DNA from: Mobula hypostoma
Lineage: Eukaryota
DNA: 64,000 nucleotides
Assembly (NCBI RefSeq): GCF_963921235.1
Contig: NC_086109.1
Coordinates: forward strand, 21,826,001 to 21,890,000
Direction: 5' to 3'
Shown: positions 12,941-27,582 of the stretch, piece by piece
Layout of the letters: each line of letters opens with the position of its first letter
Numbering within the stretch: position 1 is the first letter of the stretch
Notes under the pieces: generated by a model
The model's database searches: none
Told to the model about the DNA's origin: nothing
What the model saw: the letters and a program-made list of their open reading frames with translations, nothing else
Translations under genes and position numbers: made by a program

Positions 12941-13090
12941 AACTGTAAGGAAAGTGTATTTCTGTTAGATTTACACTACTTCTCAGCATGGATCCTTGGA
13001 TCTCCCACAGAAGTTGGGGCCAGCAAATCCCCTAAAAAATTGCAAACCCATTACTCTCATTGTCACTTGTGGAAAATAACCGTGCGAAGA

Positions 13091-13350
13091 ATACATTCAA
13101 GTGACCACTTTATTTGCACCATTCTCTGTAAACGCCAGAGATTGTTGTGCGTGAAAATCGCAGATCAGCAGTTTCTGAGATACTCAAATCTGGCACCAAC
13201 AACCTTTCCACAGTCACGGTCACTTTTCTTCCACATTCTGATGTTTGGTCTGAACAACAACTGAACCTATTGACCATGTTTGTGTGCCTTTGTGCATTGC
13301 ATTATTGCAACAAGATTGGCTGATTAGATATGTGCATTAACACCTAATAC
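13091..13350. mobile_element. Tc1-like MITE, degenerate
   Basis: Begins TACATTCAAGTGACCACTTTATT (Tc1-type end after TA); the right end is decayed. Confidence 0.5.
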
Positions 13351-15239
13351 GGTGTTGATTTACATACACCACTTCCCAGATACTTTGATCTCCCACTGAA
13401 GTTAGAGCCAGAGAATCCTTTAAAAACACCCAAGCCCATGACGCTTAGTGTCACGAGTGTGAAGAATAGGCCGCCAGGAGTCTGCGACAATAGCCAGTGC
13501 TCTCAAGATTTAAGCTGCATCAATAGAGCCCCTCAAACATAGGAGAGTGCTAGACAATCCTTCAGACTTGCTTCTATTGTGCTACTGTGGGCTTTCTAGG
13601 TGGTCAATGAGGGAATAATGGATTAACAGGGTTAATTCTACAGATGGAACAGGGCAGGCAAGTGTAATTTGTGAAGGGGCATGCTGCTTCCACCATTGTG
13701 AAGGGTTTACGCCGGGATCCATGACACCAGCCCACACCTTCCTTCTCTACTTGAAGCCATCATGGGGCCTGACGCCCTCAGGAGTCTGTGGGAATGCCAC
13801 AGATCATTTAAAGATTAAAGATGAGCATTGTACATTGAAGCATACAGTGAAACGCATCATTTGCATCAACAGACAACACAATCTGAGGACGGGATGGGGG
13901 GGGTGGGGGGTGCTGCTTGCAAGTGTCACCATGCTTCCAGGCCAACGTATCATGGCCACAATTTCCTAACTGTAAACCCACATCTGCGGAATGTGGGAGG
14001 AAACCCACATAGTCACAGGGAGAAGGCGCAGACAGCAGCAGGAATTAACCACTGACCTTTCAATCGTTTGGTGCTGTGAGGAGGTGTGGGGGAGAGAGAA
14101 GAAAAATCAATATTTACACTTATTAGGGATTTATAAGGGTGACACAGTGATGCAGCAGATGGTGCTGCTGTCTCACATCTCCAGTGAGCCTTGGTTCAAA
14201 TCTGACCTCTGGTGCTGCCTGCGTGGAGTTTGCAAATCCTCCCTATGACCACATGAGTTTCCATCAGCTGCTCCAGTTTCTTCCCAAAAACATGTTTATT
14301 AGCAGATAATTAGCTCCTGTGAAATATCCTTTTAAAATGTCAAGAGAATCACGATGGAGCTATGAGAGACAGCATTTACAGGGAAATAAGTGAGAGGCTG
14401 ATGTTGTTAGGATTGCTCTGAGAACTTGGCCTTCTGTGTGTCATAATAAATACGTGACACTTTGCTGATTGATGCTTGCTCCTTTGAGATCCATACCTGG
14501 TTGTATGGACTAAAACTGCATGAAATGCTGGGTTCGAAAGCGGCCCCTGAAGACCAGGTACCATCTCTCTCTCTTATCACATCACCACAACAATTTAACT
14601 CAGCATACAGTCCTCAAAACATAGGCCTGCATCTGCCTTGTTCAAATGGTCTTGTCCCTCATTTATTCCAGCACCACTCACAAGGTCAAAGATCAGCCTA
14701 TCAACCCTGTGAGGCAAGAAGACATGGAACAGCAGTCAGCTCACTTCCCTTTAGCTCAGAAGGTTGAGGGTTCAAGTCCCCCTGAAGAGTTTGAAACACA
14801 AATAATCTAGATTGATGCTCCTGAAGCGATTCTGTTGAGAGGAGCTACAGTATATTTCACAGAATGATGGTAGCACTGAAGAGGGCCATTTATCCTGTTA
14901 AGCCTCTAACACCTCTATGTAACAACTTGTCCCTCTCTCCAAGGCTTTGCTAACTTGTTCCTTTCTCAGCTCCATGTTGAACATGATGATTGAATCTTCC
15001 TCCATTATCGTGCCCAACTAAACTCCATTCATGTTACATTTAATTCTTTTGCTGGTCTCCATTATTTAATACCCTCTAATTCTTAACTCCCCACCCAACA
15101 AAAATTTCTCTCTATCTACCTATATCCTTCGTGATTGTAAACACCTCTATCAGATCTCCTCACAATTTCCTCTGTTCTGAGGACAACCACCCTAGCGTTC
15201 CACTTCTAGCTGTATAATTAAGATCAATAGTCAGTTTGG

Positions 15240-15545
15240 TGGGCACGTGCCCAAGTGGTTAAGGCATTGGACTAGCAACCTGAAGGTCGTGAGTTCGAGC
15301 CCCAGCCAAGGTAATGTGTTGTGTCCTTGAGCAAGACACACATTGCTCTGCGATGACACTGGTGCCAAGCTGTATGGGTCCTAATGCCCTTCCCTTGGAC
15401 AATATTGGTGTCGTGGAGAGGGGAGACTTGCAGCATGGGCAACTGCTGGTCTTCCATACAACCTTGCCCAGGCCTGCACCTTGGAGAGTGAAGACTTTCC
15501 AGGTTCAGATCCATGGTCTTGCAAGACTAACGGATGCCTGAAATA
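15240..15545 (+). mobile_element. tRNA-derived SINE (family A), full length with TSD
   Basis: A and B boxes; perfect 14-bp TSD AATAGTCAGTTTGG at 15226-15239 and 15546-15559. Confidence 0.92.
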
Positions 15546-18171
15546 AATAGTCAGTTTGGAAAATTATTAGAATGGGACTGGCTGGAGGTCAGAGGAGGAC
15601 TTCTATCTTTCTGCCCACATAGAACTGGACTGCATCAAAAAGTCAGTCCCTGTATATATTATGATGCTCTCTTTTGCATAAAAACAACCCTTCACATTTA
15701 AAAAATACAAGAAAGTTCTTTGATTTTATTTGACATAAACAACACATTTCATTGTATGTTTCATTTTTACGACAAATAAAGCTAACTTTTAATCTTTAAT
15801 TTTTATCCTTGACTTTTTTGGGTCTCATCTCCTCTTCTGTTGTAGTTTCCCATAGCCCTGAATTCTCAATCATTCAAAGCTCATCTACCTCCTCTTTAAC
15901 TACCTTCTATGATCCAACCTCAAGAGAATTCCACAGATTCATGACTCCCTGAATAAATACCTTTGGATCTCAGTTTTAAATTACCTCCCCCTTTATCGTG
16001 TAACTTTGTTTGAGACTCTCTTCCTAAGAAAGGATTAAAATAAACAGATATTAAAAGAATGTTTTGATTAGCTTGAGAAACCTCTCTATATGTTTTCTAA
16101 AGTCAGAGTTAGGGTTAACGTGTTCACACAAATTATTTTGCCATTTATCAGGGTAGGTGAGTCATGGTGGGCAACTGCAATGTCACCAATTCTGGCTCCA
16201 CATGTGACTTAACTCTCCTTTTACAACAAGATTTGGGGAAAATCTTAAAAAGCCTCTGGTGCTTTATGGGAAAAAAAGGAGTCCTCCCAAGATCTCCTGC
16301 TAATAGTTTCCTAAAAAAATCAGAATATTTGTCTCATTTTCTTTGCAAACTCTGTGGACCATTTGTTGTCTTGACACAAAGTTTTCTCATTTCTTTATCA
16401 ACCCTTCCCATCTCTCGCTCATTTTTTAAGATGGTCCTTGAAATCGAGTTTCAGGTCACTAGTTGTCATATCTCCTCCTGCCTAATGGCAAATTTTATTT
16501 GATAAATTGTTCATGTGAAGCACCTTGGAATGCTTTACATTGTTAGAAGCGCCATATAAATGTAAATTGTTATTGGGCTCTCATTGCAAACTCTATATAT
16601 GATCAGGATGAAGAGACAATTTAGATTGTGCTAGCTGCATACGTGAATGATGAGCACGTGTGATAAGTGCCCAGGAATATCTGTGAGTTTGAGAGTTCAG
16701 GGCCTCACTAGAGGCCCAGAGGCAGCCTGGCCTGGGTTTGGGGCCTGTCTGTGTGTGAGGTTGGGAAAGGGGCTCGTTTTGCTGCTGGAATCTTGTTCTG
16801 CTCTGAGGTCACTGTTGCTGACTGTGTTGTCCTGCTGAACACTGTGTGCATGCTAGGTTGATGCAGGAACGTGTAGCGACACTTGGAGACTGCTCTCAGC
16901 ACATCCTTGGGTGTGTTGTGAACACAAATGACACATTTCACTATATGTTTTGATATACATGTAATAAAAAAATCTAATTATGAATATCAAAGTAGGATGT
17001 AGTGTGAAACTTGAGAGATTATCTTGTATCCCTTTCACTCTCATGAACTAATTTAACTTCCCTTTAATTCATCTGCTATTTGCTAGAACCATTCCTTTTT
17101 GAGGTCAATGTTCCTATGCTCCTCATCCTAATTACTGTGTAAGATTGTCTGATGTCCTGATCTGATTAATTGGCGATCATTATATTGACGACACGGAGTT
17201 TTAGACAACCACAGATGTCTACCTATTTAACCTTTCATTAGGTCACTTCTTCACATCTCCTCCTGAAAAAAAAGAGCTTTTGCCCTTTGTGTTTTGCTAC
17301 AAGCTCCCAGATCTTTGTGAATCTTCTTTAGACTGTTAAATTCAATGCAGTCCATCCGACGATCCATCACCAAAGGCCAGGGTGCTTAAAGAGCTTCCTA
17401 ATTGCACACAACCCACTTAGAAAGCCATAATTCTCAAATTAAAGCCAGATATACTTTAAAGAGCAGGGAATCTGTGGGCGATTAGAAAGAGACTAAGACT
17501 GGTGGTCAATAATCAATTGACAGGAGGAGGAAATTGGAGAGAGCGCTTAAGTGATTTATTTCTAATTAATGAGAAGCTAATGCAGGGAAGGAAGCATGAC
17601 TGGGTATATCAGTGGTGTGAAAAGCGAGTGCCCTGGATAAACACAGGTACAGGAAGTGTCATTAACTGGAGGCTTTGCGGCCACCCTTAAGGCTGAGTGT
17701 TGTTTCGTTAGCAAAGCCCAGGAGCTGGTCACCTTGATACTCGGAAGAATGCAGATGGGACAGTATTTCTGCCTGACAGAAATGGATGAAGTATATTCCA
17801 GGAGCCTCATTCTCATCCAATTCCAAGGAAATTTTACTCCCTCAGCAGAATTCAATTCAGAAAATTGAAGAAGAGTATTCCACTGAGAAGCTCAGCCACA
17901 TGAATCCATATGACCACCACTTGCAGAATTAGGCCATTCAACCCATCAAGTGTGCTCTGCCATTCGATCATGGCCTATTTATTTATCTCTCAACCCCATT
18001 CTCTGGCTGTCTCCCAGACCTTAGTAAACTCACAATGACTTGGTCTCCACAGTAATGAATTCCACAGATTTACCACCCTCTGGCTAAAGAACTTTCTCTT
18101 TATCCGAAAATGAGAGCAGCATTAATGGCTCAACAATGCACAAAGGGAGGAGAAAGGTCAAGAGAATCATA

Positions 18172-18328
18172 CAGTGGTGCTCGGAAGTTTGTGAACCCTT
18201 TAGAATTTTCTCTATTTCTGCATAAATATGACCCAAAATGTGATCAATCTTCACACAAGTCCTAAAACTAGATAAAGAGAACCCAATTAAATAAATAACA
18301 CAAAATAATACTATGCTTGTTCATTTAG
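18172..18328. mobile_element. Tc1-like transposon terminal fragment
   Basis: TA followed by CAGTGGTGCTCGGAAGTTTGTGAACCC, a typical Tc1 TIR start; no partner end seen. Confidence 0.6.
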
Positions 18329-21300
18329 ATAACTGTAGGGTACGAACTAGAACGATTTTAGAACAACATACACAAAATACTGGAGGAACTCAGCAGGCCA
18401 GGCAGCATCTATGGAAAAAAGTACAGTCGACATTTCAGGACAAAACTCTTCAGCTGGATGGTTTTAAATTTTAGAGCACGATACTTCCCCTATATTTTCA
18501 CATCAAATATTCCCAAGCAAAGTCTAGTGCATGTTCAAAATAGAGTAAGGGGCCCTTTGAATTGTCCCATCAAATATTCATCTAGTCCAAATGCAGTATA
18601 GTTCATCTCTAGCATTAGGGCTTGGAAACTGCACAAAACCACCGCCAAATAAAAAAATCCCATAAACTGCCAAATGTTTCCAATTTACTGTTCCAATAAA
18701 GTGTAAACGCTGTAAACAGAGAGGGAAAAAAAACAATTTCAATGGCTCTGTTTCTCATCAGCACAAGCTGGAAAGAAAACTGGTCCAAAATATTTCAGAA
18801 GTGGCATTCAGAGCAATTACTAGGGCCATCCAGCAGCAGAATGAATCAATCCTTCCAGCATTGCAGCTCCGAGAGAAAGAAATTATAGCACTGCAGTCTA
18901 CACTGAGTTACCACGTGTCAACTGTGGCTGAATGGAAATAACTGTGACAGAACTTTTGGATCCAAGTCACCCCCCCAGAGAATTAAGTTCACATTACATA
19001 ATACCCTCAGACATTAAGTGCAACATCAGTCCACCTGCTCAGACTGATGCAAACTGTTGTCTTGAATTATTTATTAAGTGGCTCAGAAAGTTCTCGCCAT
19101 CATTTTGTTCAATACTTCTCTCAATCAACATCATTGAAACAGTTTACTTGCTCAATATCACATGCTGTTTGTCAACCTAATAGTGTACAATAGAGTCACT
19201 ACACTTCATAAAACACTGACGACACTTCAAAAAACTCTTTACTGGATGTAAAACGCTTGTTATTTTCAGTTGATAAAAGGCTGAATCAAAAGGTTGAGAC
19301 TTCCTTTCTATTGTCATATGCCACCACACTCTTATCAACGTAAAGTACTTTGAAACAGATTGTTTTACAAATATAAGTATTTTCTTTAATTCAGCAACTA
19401 GACCAAAGAAAACACAACCAGTCAAAGTTCAAAAGTAAATTTATTATCAAAGTACACACATGTCACTATAGTTTAGTTTCAAAAAAACAATTTCTTCCCT
19501 TCTGCAATTAAGGGCCGTCAGGGGAAGCATAACTTTCTCTGTGGACATAACACAGCAGGCAACCCATGTCCAGTTCTTCTGTTTGCCAGACTGGCAACTA
19601 ATTGTCCTTCCAGTCACACTGTACCAGTATGACCTATTCACAAAATAAAGAAGACTGATCTGGTCTGCCTAATTACCACCTCAGTGATAAACTGTCGGTA
19701 ATCAGCAAAGGGACAGAAGCCATCATCAGTACTCACTCACCAATAACCTTCCAGTTATTTCCGGTTAAACATCCGGATTAGGATGCTGCTACTGAAGATG
19801 GGCAACAGCTTACTGGCAGTTCATAGAGCAAGAAATAAAACTAAATACTTTAGTAATAACTTTTTTCCAGTGGAAAATTGTGGTAAACTACCACTGCAAA
19901 CAATGAAGAGGCGAGCGAAGGTGAGGCTATACCGAGGGTCGAGGCATAGCCGAGGAGAAGTAGTCAGACCGAAGTCACGTTCGAGACAGAGCTGGGGTGT
20001 GCGAAGCAGAGAAAAGTCAGAGCAGAGGAGTTTTGGAGCCCGGCCACCAAAATCCAGAGCAAGGTTTGATCAATCTAAGCACCGGGCCAATTTGGAAAGG
20101 TCGGATACAGGCCGGAACGTGGCGGTGGGCTCCAGCCCAGAGATCATCGAAGCAACAGGGCCCAGGTCCTAAAGTGAGGGACAAATCTCAAGGTTGTATA
20201 ATTTATACATACATTGATAATAAATTATTTTGAACTTTTTGAATCTATTCAATAATACCTAGCTTCAGTTTTGCCAGAACAGCTTACCATCAGATCTCAT
20301 CACAGCCTTGGTTATCAAGGCAACATTTAACCAATTGTGGCATCAAGTAGGAAATACCCCGAAGGCTGGAGTCATACTTCATACAAAGTAAGATGATTAT
20401 GATTGTGGTGTGTCAAACATCCCAGCCCAAAGCATCACTGCAGGGGTTCCTTAGGGCAATGTTATAGGCCCAGCTATCATCACCAATAACCTTCCTTCCA
20501 TCGTTAAGATCTGAAGTGAAGATTTTCACAAACGGATGCACAAAATTAAACTTTATTTGTGACTTCTCAAGAAATTAAGGAGGCCCACTTACATGTGGCA
20601 AGATTTAGACAGGAGCTGAAAGGTGGCAAGTAATATTTACACTACAAAAGTGCCATACAGTAGTTCTCTCCGATAAGAGAATTTAACCTCCCTTATTTCT
20701 TCTCATTTTTGGAGATACAGCACAGTGACAGGCCCTTCCAGCACAACAAACCCGTGCCACTCAGTCACCTGAATAACCCACTTGTCTTCGGAATGCAGGA
20801 GGAAACCGGAGCACCCGGAGAAATTCCACATGGTCATGGGGAGAACGTCCAACCTCATTACAGACAGTGGCAGAACCGAACCTGGGCTGCTGGCACTGTA
20901 ACATCACTAAACTAACTGCAACACTACCATGACACCCAAAGATATTACCACCATTAAATATCTCATATACAATATCCCGGGGTTGTCATTGACCAGAAAC
21001 TCAGCTGGATCAGCCGCCTATTTACCGTGGCTACAAGAGCAGGAAAAAGGCTGGGTAAACAGTCATGGTTCAACAACGGACACCCCATTGCCCATTTTTC
21101 CATCTACAAGTTAGTGAGAGAGAGAACCTGTTTGAGACATCTTAAGTGTTGGGATGGGCTGCATTCCTCGATGGACTCTCATGGTCTCTGGGGATTTGCT
21201 ATTGTTTGCATGGTGAGTGGTGGGAGGTGGGAATGCTGGAGCAAGTTGGGGAAGGAGGTGGGGAGAGAGTTGATGCTTTTGCTGGAGCAAGTGGGGGGAG

Positions 21301-24300
21301 AGTTGATGCGTTTGCTGCTGCTTGTGCCTGGGAAGGGGAGGGGAGCTTTGGAGATGTCAACATTTTTCAGCATTCATTTTTTGGATGCTTTTTCTCTCTG
21401 TTTCATGGATGTCTATGAAGAGTAAAAATTTCAGGTTGTATACTGTATACATTCTCTGATATTAAATGGAAGTATTGAACCACTGATGGTGTACTCTCCA
21501 CTTGCCTGATCAGCGCAGAGCCAACAATTCACAAGAAGTTCAAAGCGATCCATGACAAAGCAATCACCCGAAGCATTCACTTCAGTCCCATCATGGATGA
21601 AGCTACGCAGCATCCAAACCAGGACCACTAGACTCAAAAACAGTGACTTCTCCCAAGCCGTCAGGCTGATCCACACCTCCACCCATTCACCTACCCCGCC
21701 ACCTCTACATCCACATCATCTAGCATCACTTTATGTACATAAATCAGTCTGTGAATACAGCAGTTACACATACGTTGTATTTTATAGGATTGCTTTTATA
21801 TTTAGATTTATTGTGTTTATTTTGCCTGTTGTGTTCTTTATGCTGCATCGGATCTGGAGTAATAATTTATTTTGTTCTCCTTTACTTTTATTTACTGAAG
21901 AATGACAATAAACGATCTTGGATCTTGAAGTGGCTACACACTGAAGATTTAAAATCAGCTTTATTTGTCACAAGTACTTCGAAGCATATGGTTTGCTTCA
22001 ACAACCAATACTCCAACTGCTTCCACCGTCAACACTGTATTCCCACAACTTACTAACCCTTCTTAACCCACCTAGCTTTGGACTGTGGGAAGAAACCAGA
22101 GCACCTGGAGGAAACTCATGTGGTCATGCGGAGAGTGCACAAACTCTTACAGACAACGGCAGGAATAGAAGTCAAATCAGTGATTATTGGCGCTATAACT
22201 GCGTTACCCTAACACCTACAAAATACGCTACAGTTACTTAGCCAGGGTACCACAACCTTAACCAAGAAGGTTAGAAGGGCTGAAGGCTCAATTGAACACC
22301 ACTATCTGCAGATTCCCTCCTACGATCATGACTTGGGAATGCACCATCATCTCACTCTAGGTTCTCCTTTTCCAACAGCACTGCAGGAGAATCTGCCCAG
22401 GACTGCAGAGGTTCATAAAGCTGACTAATCACCACCTTCTAAAGGGCAACTTAGGATGGGCAACAAACACTGGCCTTGCTGGCGATATCCAGGGACCAAA
22501 AATGAATACAAAAGCCATTGGGGAGGCATAGAGAGGGGAAATACATGAAGGCAGCTTCATATACTGCTGCCACATCCTGTTGAACAGCGAGTAGCAGGAA
22601 GATCTGTGATAATGAAAACAGACCGTGGCATATCTACACAGAAAATGGCGATATGCCAGTCATAACTGTTACCAGAATCTAAGTCACATATCAACACAAT
22701 TTCTTCAGAGGAATTAAATGAAGGACATTGTCAAACATAATTAAAAACTGGGGGTGGGGGGGTGTAAATTAGATCAGTAATGTATTCAAAGCGGTCTGGG
22801 GACCGAAGTGTGACTGTGAACCTATTAGTAATCCCTTCTTCTTCTCCAGCTTGATTAAACCAACAGAAAGTGCAATCTGGATTCATTCCAAGGCTAGCAT
22901 GATCCGAGATTTGTTTGGAATAACTTTAAGTGCATTAAGTAGCTTAGGGCCTCCTGTTAGAAAGTCAAAGCGTTGTACAGCGCAGAAATAGGCCTTCAGC
23001 ATATCACTTACGTGCCAACTATTAATGTTAATGTAGTCATGGTAATGCTGTTAAATAGTTCTGTTCCCCTCCATTCTAACCATGTTCTAGCAGAGTGCCA
23101 CTGAGAGTATCCCGACCAGCTGTATTACCGTCTGCTATGGGAAATACAAGGCATCCGACCAAAAGACCATGCAACAGATTGTGAGGACTGCTGAAAGAAT
23201 CATCAGGGTTTCTCTCCTTCCTATCCAGGACACATGTCAGCAGCATGGCCCTCAACATTATCAAGGAACCCCCCCCTCCCCCATCTGTCCCACAATCTCT
23301 TTGACCACCTGCCATCAGGCAGAAGGTACCACAGTACAAGGACAAGAAACAGCTGCTTCCCCCAGGCTGTGAGACTTCTGAATACCCTGCTACCACCCCG
23401 TACACATCATTCAGAACAGTGCCAGTAACAGCATACTGTTGCATATCTAACCATATGCAGTTTATGTCAACTTGTACATCTATGAAACACTTTTTAAAAA
23501 TCTGTTAATATTATTGTGTTAGTATTATTTGATGCACTGAATGTGATGTATGCACTGTGTTTTGCACTTTGGTCCCAGAGGAACTGTGTTTCGTTTAGTT
23601 GTGTACATGTGGATGGTTGAATGACAATAAACTTGAATTTGAACTTGTTGAATCTTTTGTCGGCAGCGTTCCTGCACTATTCGTTCTCCATCTCTTCCCG
23701 TGACTCAACAGTAAGTCCTTTACTCCGTCGTCCAATCCAGAACATGTCATTTGCTCTGTCAGAAATCTCTCCTGAGCCAAAAGCCAGTATTCTGATACTG
23801 CAAATCTCTCAGTTTAGAGATGACTAGGTTTCCTTAGAGTAAGAAAGTGAGCAGATTACCGTAAATATATTTTTAAAAAAATCATTGCATAAGCCTCAGC
23901 TGAAAAACTGTGTCTAATTCTAGGCTCCACACCTTAGGGAGAATTTCAAGAGCTTGATAAGGACCTACAGGTCTACTAAAAGGTAGATTGAGATGGTAAG
24001 GTGGGAAATGGCAAACCATTATTCAGAACGTAAAGTATTTTAACTAAATAGCTAATTTCTCATCGGGACAGACACCAGGAAAATAGGCTCTTGAGCTCAC
24101 TGCATTTACATCAACCATAAACCACTCCTTTTCTCCCATTCAACAATTATCCTATTTTTATTCTTGTCACTTTCTCAACTCTCCCTGGATTATTTATTTA
24201 TTTCTTGAGATACAGCACAAAATAGGCCCTTTTGGCCCCTCAAGCCACACCGCTCAGCAATCCCAATTTAATCCTAGCTTAATCACTGGACAATTCACAA

Positions 24301-24707
24301 TGACCAATTAACCTACCGACCAGTACATCTTGGGACTGTGGGAGGAAACCCATGCGGTCACGGGGAGAACATACAAACTCCTTCCAGGCAGCTGTGGGAA
24401 TTAAACTCAGGTCACCTGTACTGTAAAGTGTCCTAACCACGACACTACCCTGCTGCCCCACAATTATACCATCCCCCTACACAGAAGGAGGCAACCCGCA
24501 GACGTTTGGGATGTAATCACCAAACATAGGACCCTGGGAGAAAATGCATCCCTCTACTACTGGATCTTTAACTTCCTGACCGACAGACTACAATCAATAC
24601 AAATAGGCAGCAACACCTCCACAACAATTATTCTAAACTGTGGTGCTCCAAGAGATTTTATCATTTGCACCCCCCCCACCCTACTCCTTATGCACTCATG
24701 ACTGCAT

Positions 24708-25153
24708 TGTCACAACCACAGACGCTGCTGTGCAGTCTACGCGCCCGTGCAGGCAGGCTACAGAACAGGTTCAACGATCGTACTCGTGAGTGTGCATGTT
24801 CCAGCTAAATACTGTTTCATTATGGTGGCATTGAACTCCTTTCTTTTCGTTCTAGTCTTGTCGAGACTTGACCAAAAGCACAGCAACATTTACGCTCTTT
24901 GCTTACCCTCTTCCTTGTACAAGAAAGAGAATTACCGTTTCAACTGATGCCTTAAAAGGAATTTAGCATTTAGTTATTGCTTCCAGCTGCAGTGTTGACA
25001 TTAACATTGAGTTTGAGAGTTTTGGTTAACAACCTTGTTGACATAGCATTTATTGTTTTTCTTTTCTCTTAAATTCTGCAGGAAGTCAATGAACTATTGA
25101 CCCACTTCAATGTCTCTCTCTCTGCACTTGGACCATATCCGAACACTTTGACA
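24708..25153. mobile_element. Solo-LTR-like element with 5-bp TSD
   Basis: TGTCA...TGACA termini; TSD TGCAT at 24703-24707 and 25154-25158. It interrupts a LINE RT relic whose frame (THDCM|TRFCSKFIYKFVDDTT) rejoins across it. Confidence 0.8.
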
Positions 25154-27582
25154 TGCATGACCAGATTCTGCTCTAAATTCATCTACAAGTTTGTAGATGA
25201 TACCACCATAGTGGGCTGAATTTCAACTAGCAATGAGTTGGACTACATGAAGGAGATAGAGAGGTTAGTGACATGGTGTCTAGACCTCTCCCTTAATGCC
25301 AACAGAACAAAAGAGCTGGGCATTGACTTCAAGATGCAGAGTGATATAAATGCTCCCAGCATGAGTGAATATCACCAACAGCCTGCTCCAGTCCAACCAC
25401 ATAGGTATGATAGCCTGGAGAGGTCACCAACACCACTACTTCTTCAGAAGGCTAAAGAAATTCTGCACGTCCACGTCAACCCTTACCATTTTCTATCGCT
25501 GCGCCATGGAAAACATCCTACCTGGAAGCATTACAGCTTGGTATGGGAACTGCTCTGCATGTGACTGCAAGAAACTGCAGAGAGTTGTGGACACAGCTCA
25601 ACACATCACAGAAACCAGCCTCCCTTCCGTGAAATGCCTCAGTAAAGCAGCAGCAGAACCAAAGACCCCATCCACCTTGGACACTCCTTCTTCTCACCTC
25701 TTCCTTTCAGCAAAAGGTACAAAACCCTGAAAGTGCCTGCCACCAAGCTCAAGGACAGTTTCTATCTGGCTGTAACGTCTATTACATAGTTCCCTAGTAC
25801 AATGTTGGATCTTGACCTCACAATCTAACTCGTTATGATCTTGCACCTTATTGTTTCCCTGTATCTGTATTACTTCATTCTGCATTGTTTTTGTGCTACC
25901 TTGTTCTACCTCAAAGCACTGAATTGATCTGTATAACAGCTTTTCACTGTATCTTGATACATTTGACAATAATAAGTCAATTCCAATGTGGGAGAAAGCC
26001 AGAACGTCCGGAAAATCACGTGTTTTAACAGGCAAATTCCGTACAGTCAGCACACCACACAGAATATTCCACGGTATGAGTGGTTTCTTACACTACAGTG
26101 CTGTACAGTGTCTGTACCACAATAATGATGGATAATCATTAGAATGTGATGGGGCAAAACTCAACAAGCCATCCCTGTACCTGGACTACTCAACAACACC
26201 ACAGCACATTTTTAATTGAAAGGTGAAAGTCAATCACTCTACTCTGATTTTGCTTGCAGCATACATGGGCAGTGGTTCACAGAACTTTGCAACCAGAGGT
26301 TCTGGAACAAAAGTCCTACTTTTCTGTTGCCTGCTGGCTGTGCAAATGAGGCCAGCCAGTCAGTAGCACAAAAAGCAGGAAGTATCAGAGGGCAAGGCCA
26401 AACTTGGCTTCTGATTGGGGAAAACGGACAACCCCCATCCCTTTTTCAGGCAACTAGACAAGCAAATGCATTCTTTTGGATTTCTAAGTGGCTGTTGGCC
26501 AATCAAAGCAGAAATCCACAGTTGACCATGTGTTTACAAGTTGAATCCAGTCCAGGTATTTATTGGTAATGCGAAAAGTATTTACAGGGCTTTACAAGGA
26601 AGAGCATGGATGATGTTTCCCCTTGGCTGCGGTGTCCAGAAGCGATGGTCAGTCTCACAATAAACACCGTACAGATTTCAATGAGAAGCTTCATTTTACA
26701 GAAGGTGGTGAATGTCTGACATTCACTACCCAAAGGAACAGTTGAGGCTTAGTTGCTGAGGTTGATAGATCCTAGGGATAGGACAAGCAAACGGTACTGA
26801 GGTAAAATCTTAGTCATGGTCTTACTTAACGGCAAAAATACATAAAAGGGACCTCCCCTCCTTCAGTTTCTTATGCTCTCATGGAGCAGTGAAAGATCCA
26901 CGAGTCCAAGAAAAATAATAGATTGATATTTAAGATGCAAAGCATGTCCGCATTAGTGTTATTTATGACAGAATAGAGTGGATTTGCTCACAATTATACA
27001 ACTATAGAGTCTTGGAGTCATAGAGCACAGAACAAGATCCATTTGTCCACCAACTCCATGTTATTAAAATACAATGGGTTGGTGGCTCATCAATATTTGT
27101 GATCATCTGCCAACACTCACGCCAAGTTCTATGTAATATAAACAAGTGCCAAGAACGAATGATTGTAATTATCTAGAGCACAGAGAAAGCTAATCCTGTT
27201 CTTGTAACAGCAGAGAAGGTTAAGCAAGAGTTAACAAAAGCATGCAAAACTGTGAAGAATTTTGTGAAGTATGTAAATATGACAGAAGTTTCAGTAAGCT
27301 GAAGGCATAGATTTAGAACAAATGGCAAAAGAAAACATAGATAATTAACTGGGAGAGCAATGGCCAAAAATACACCATTAACTGTTGTGGAGAAAGCAGA
27401 TTTAATAGTTTCCTCAACAGGATATGGGATGTCTGTTGGAAAAGGGGAAATGTGCAGTGTTTAGGAGACAGAACAGTGGTGTGGGCTAAATTGAATAGCA
27501 CTGAGAAAAATTAGGAATGGTCAAAAATTTGATCTAAGTTGAATGTACTGTAATTTTCAGAATCAAGCAGGTTCAGGTATAG

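Noticed and set aside
19900..20180. CpG-rich patch (also 58780-59200) as an internal promoter
   Set aside because: Short and adjoining LINE-type tails; more likely repeat-derived.
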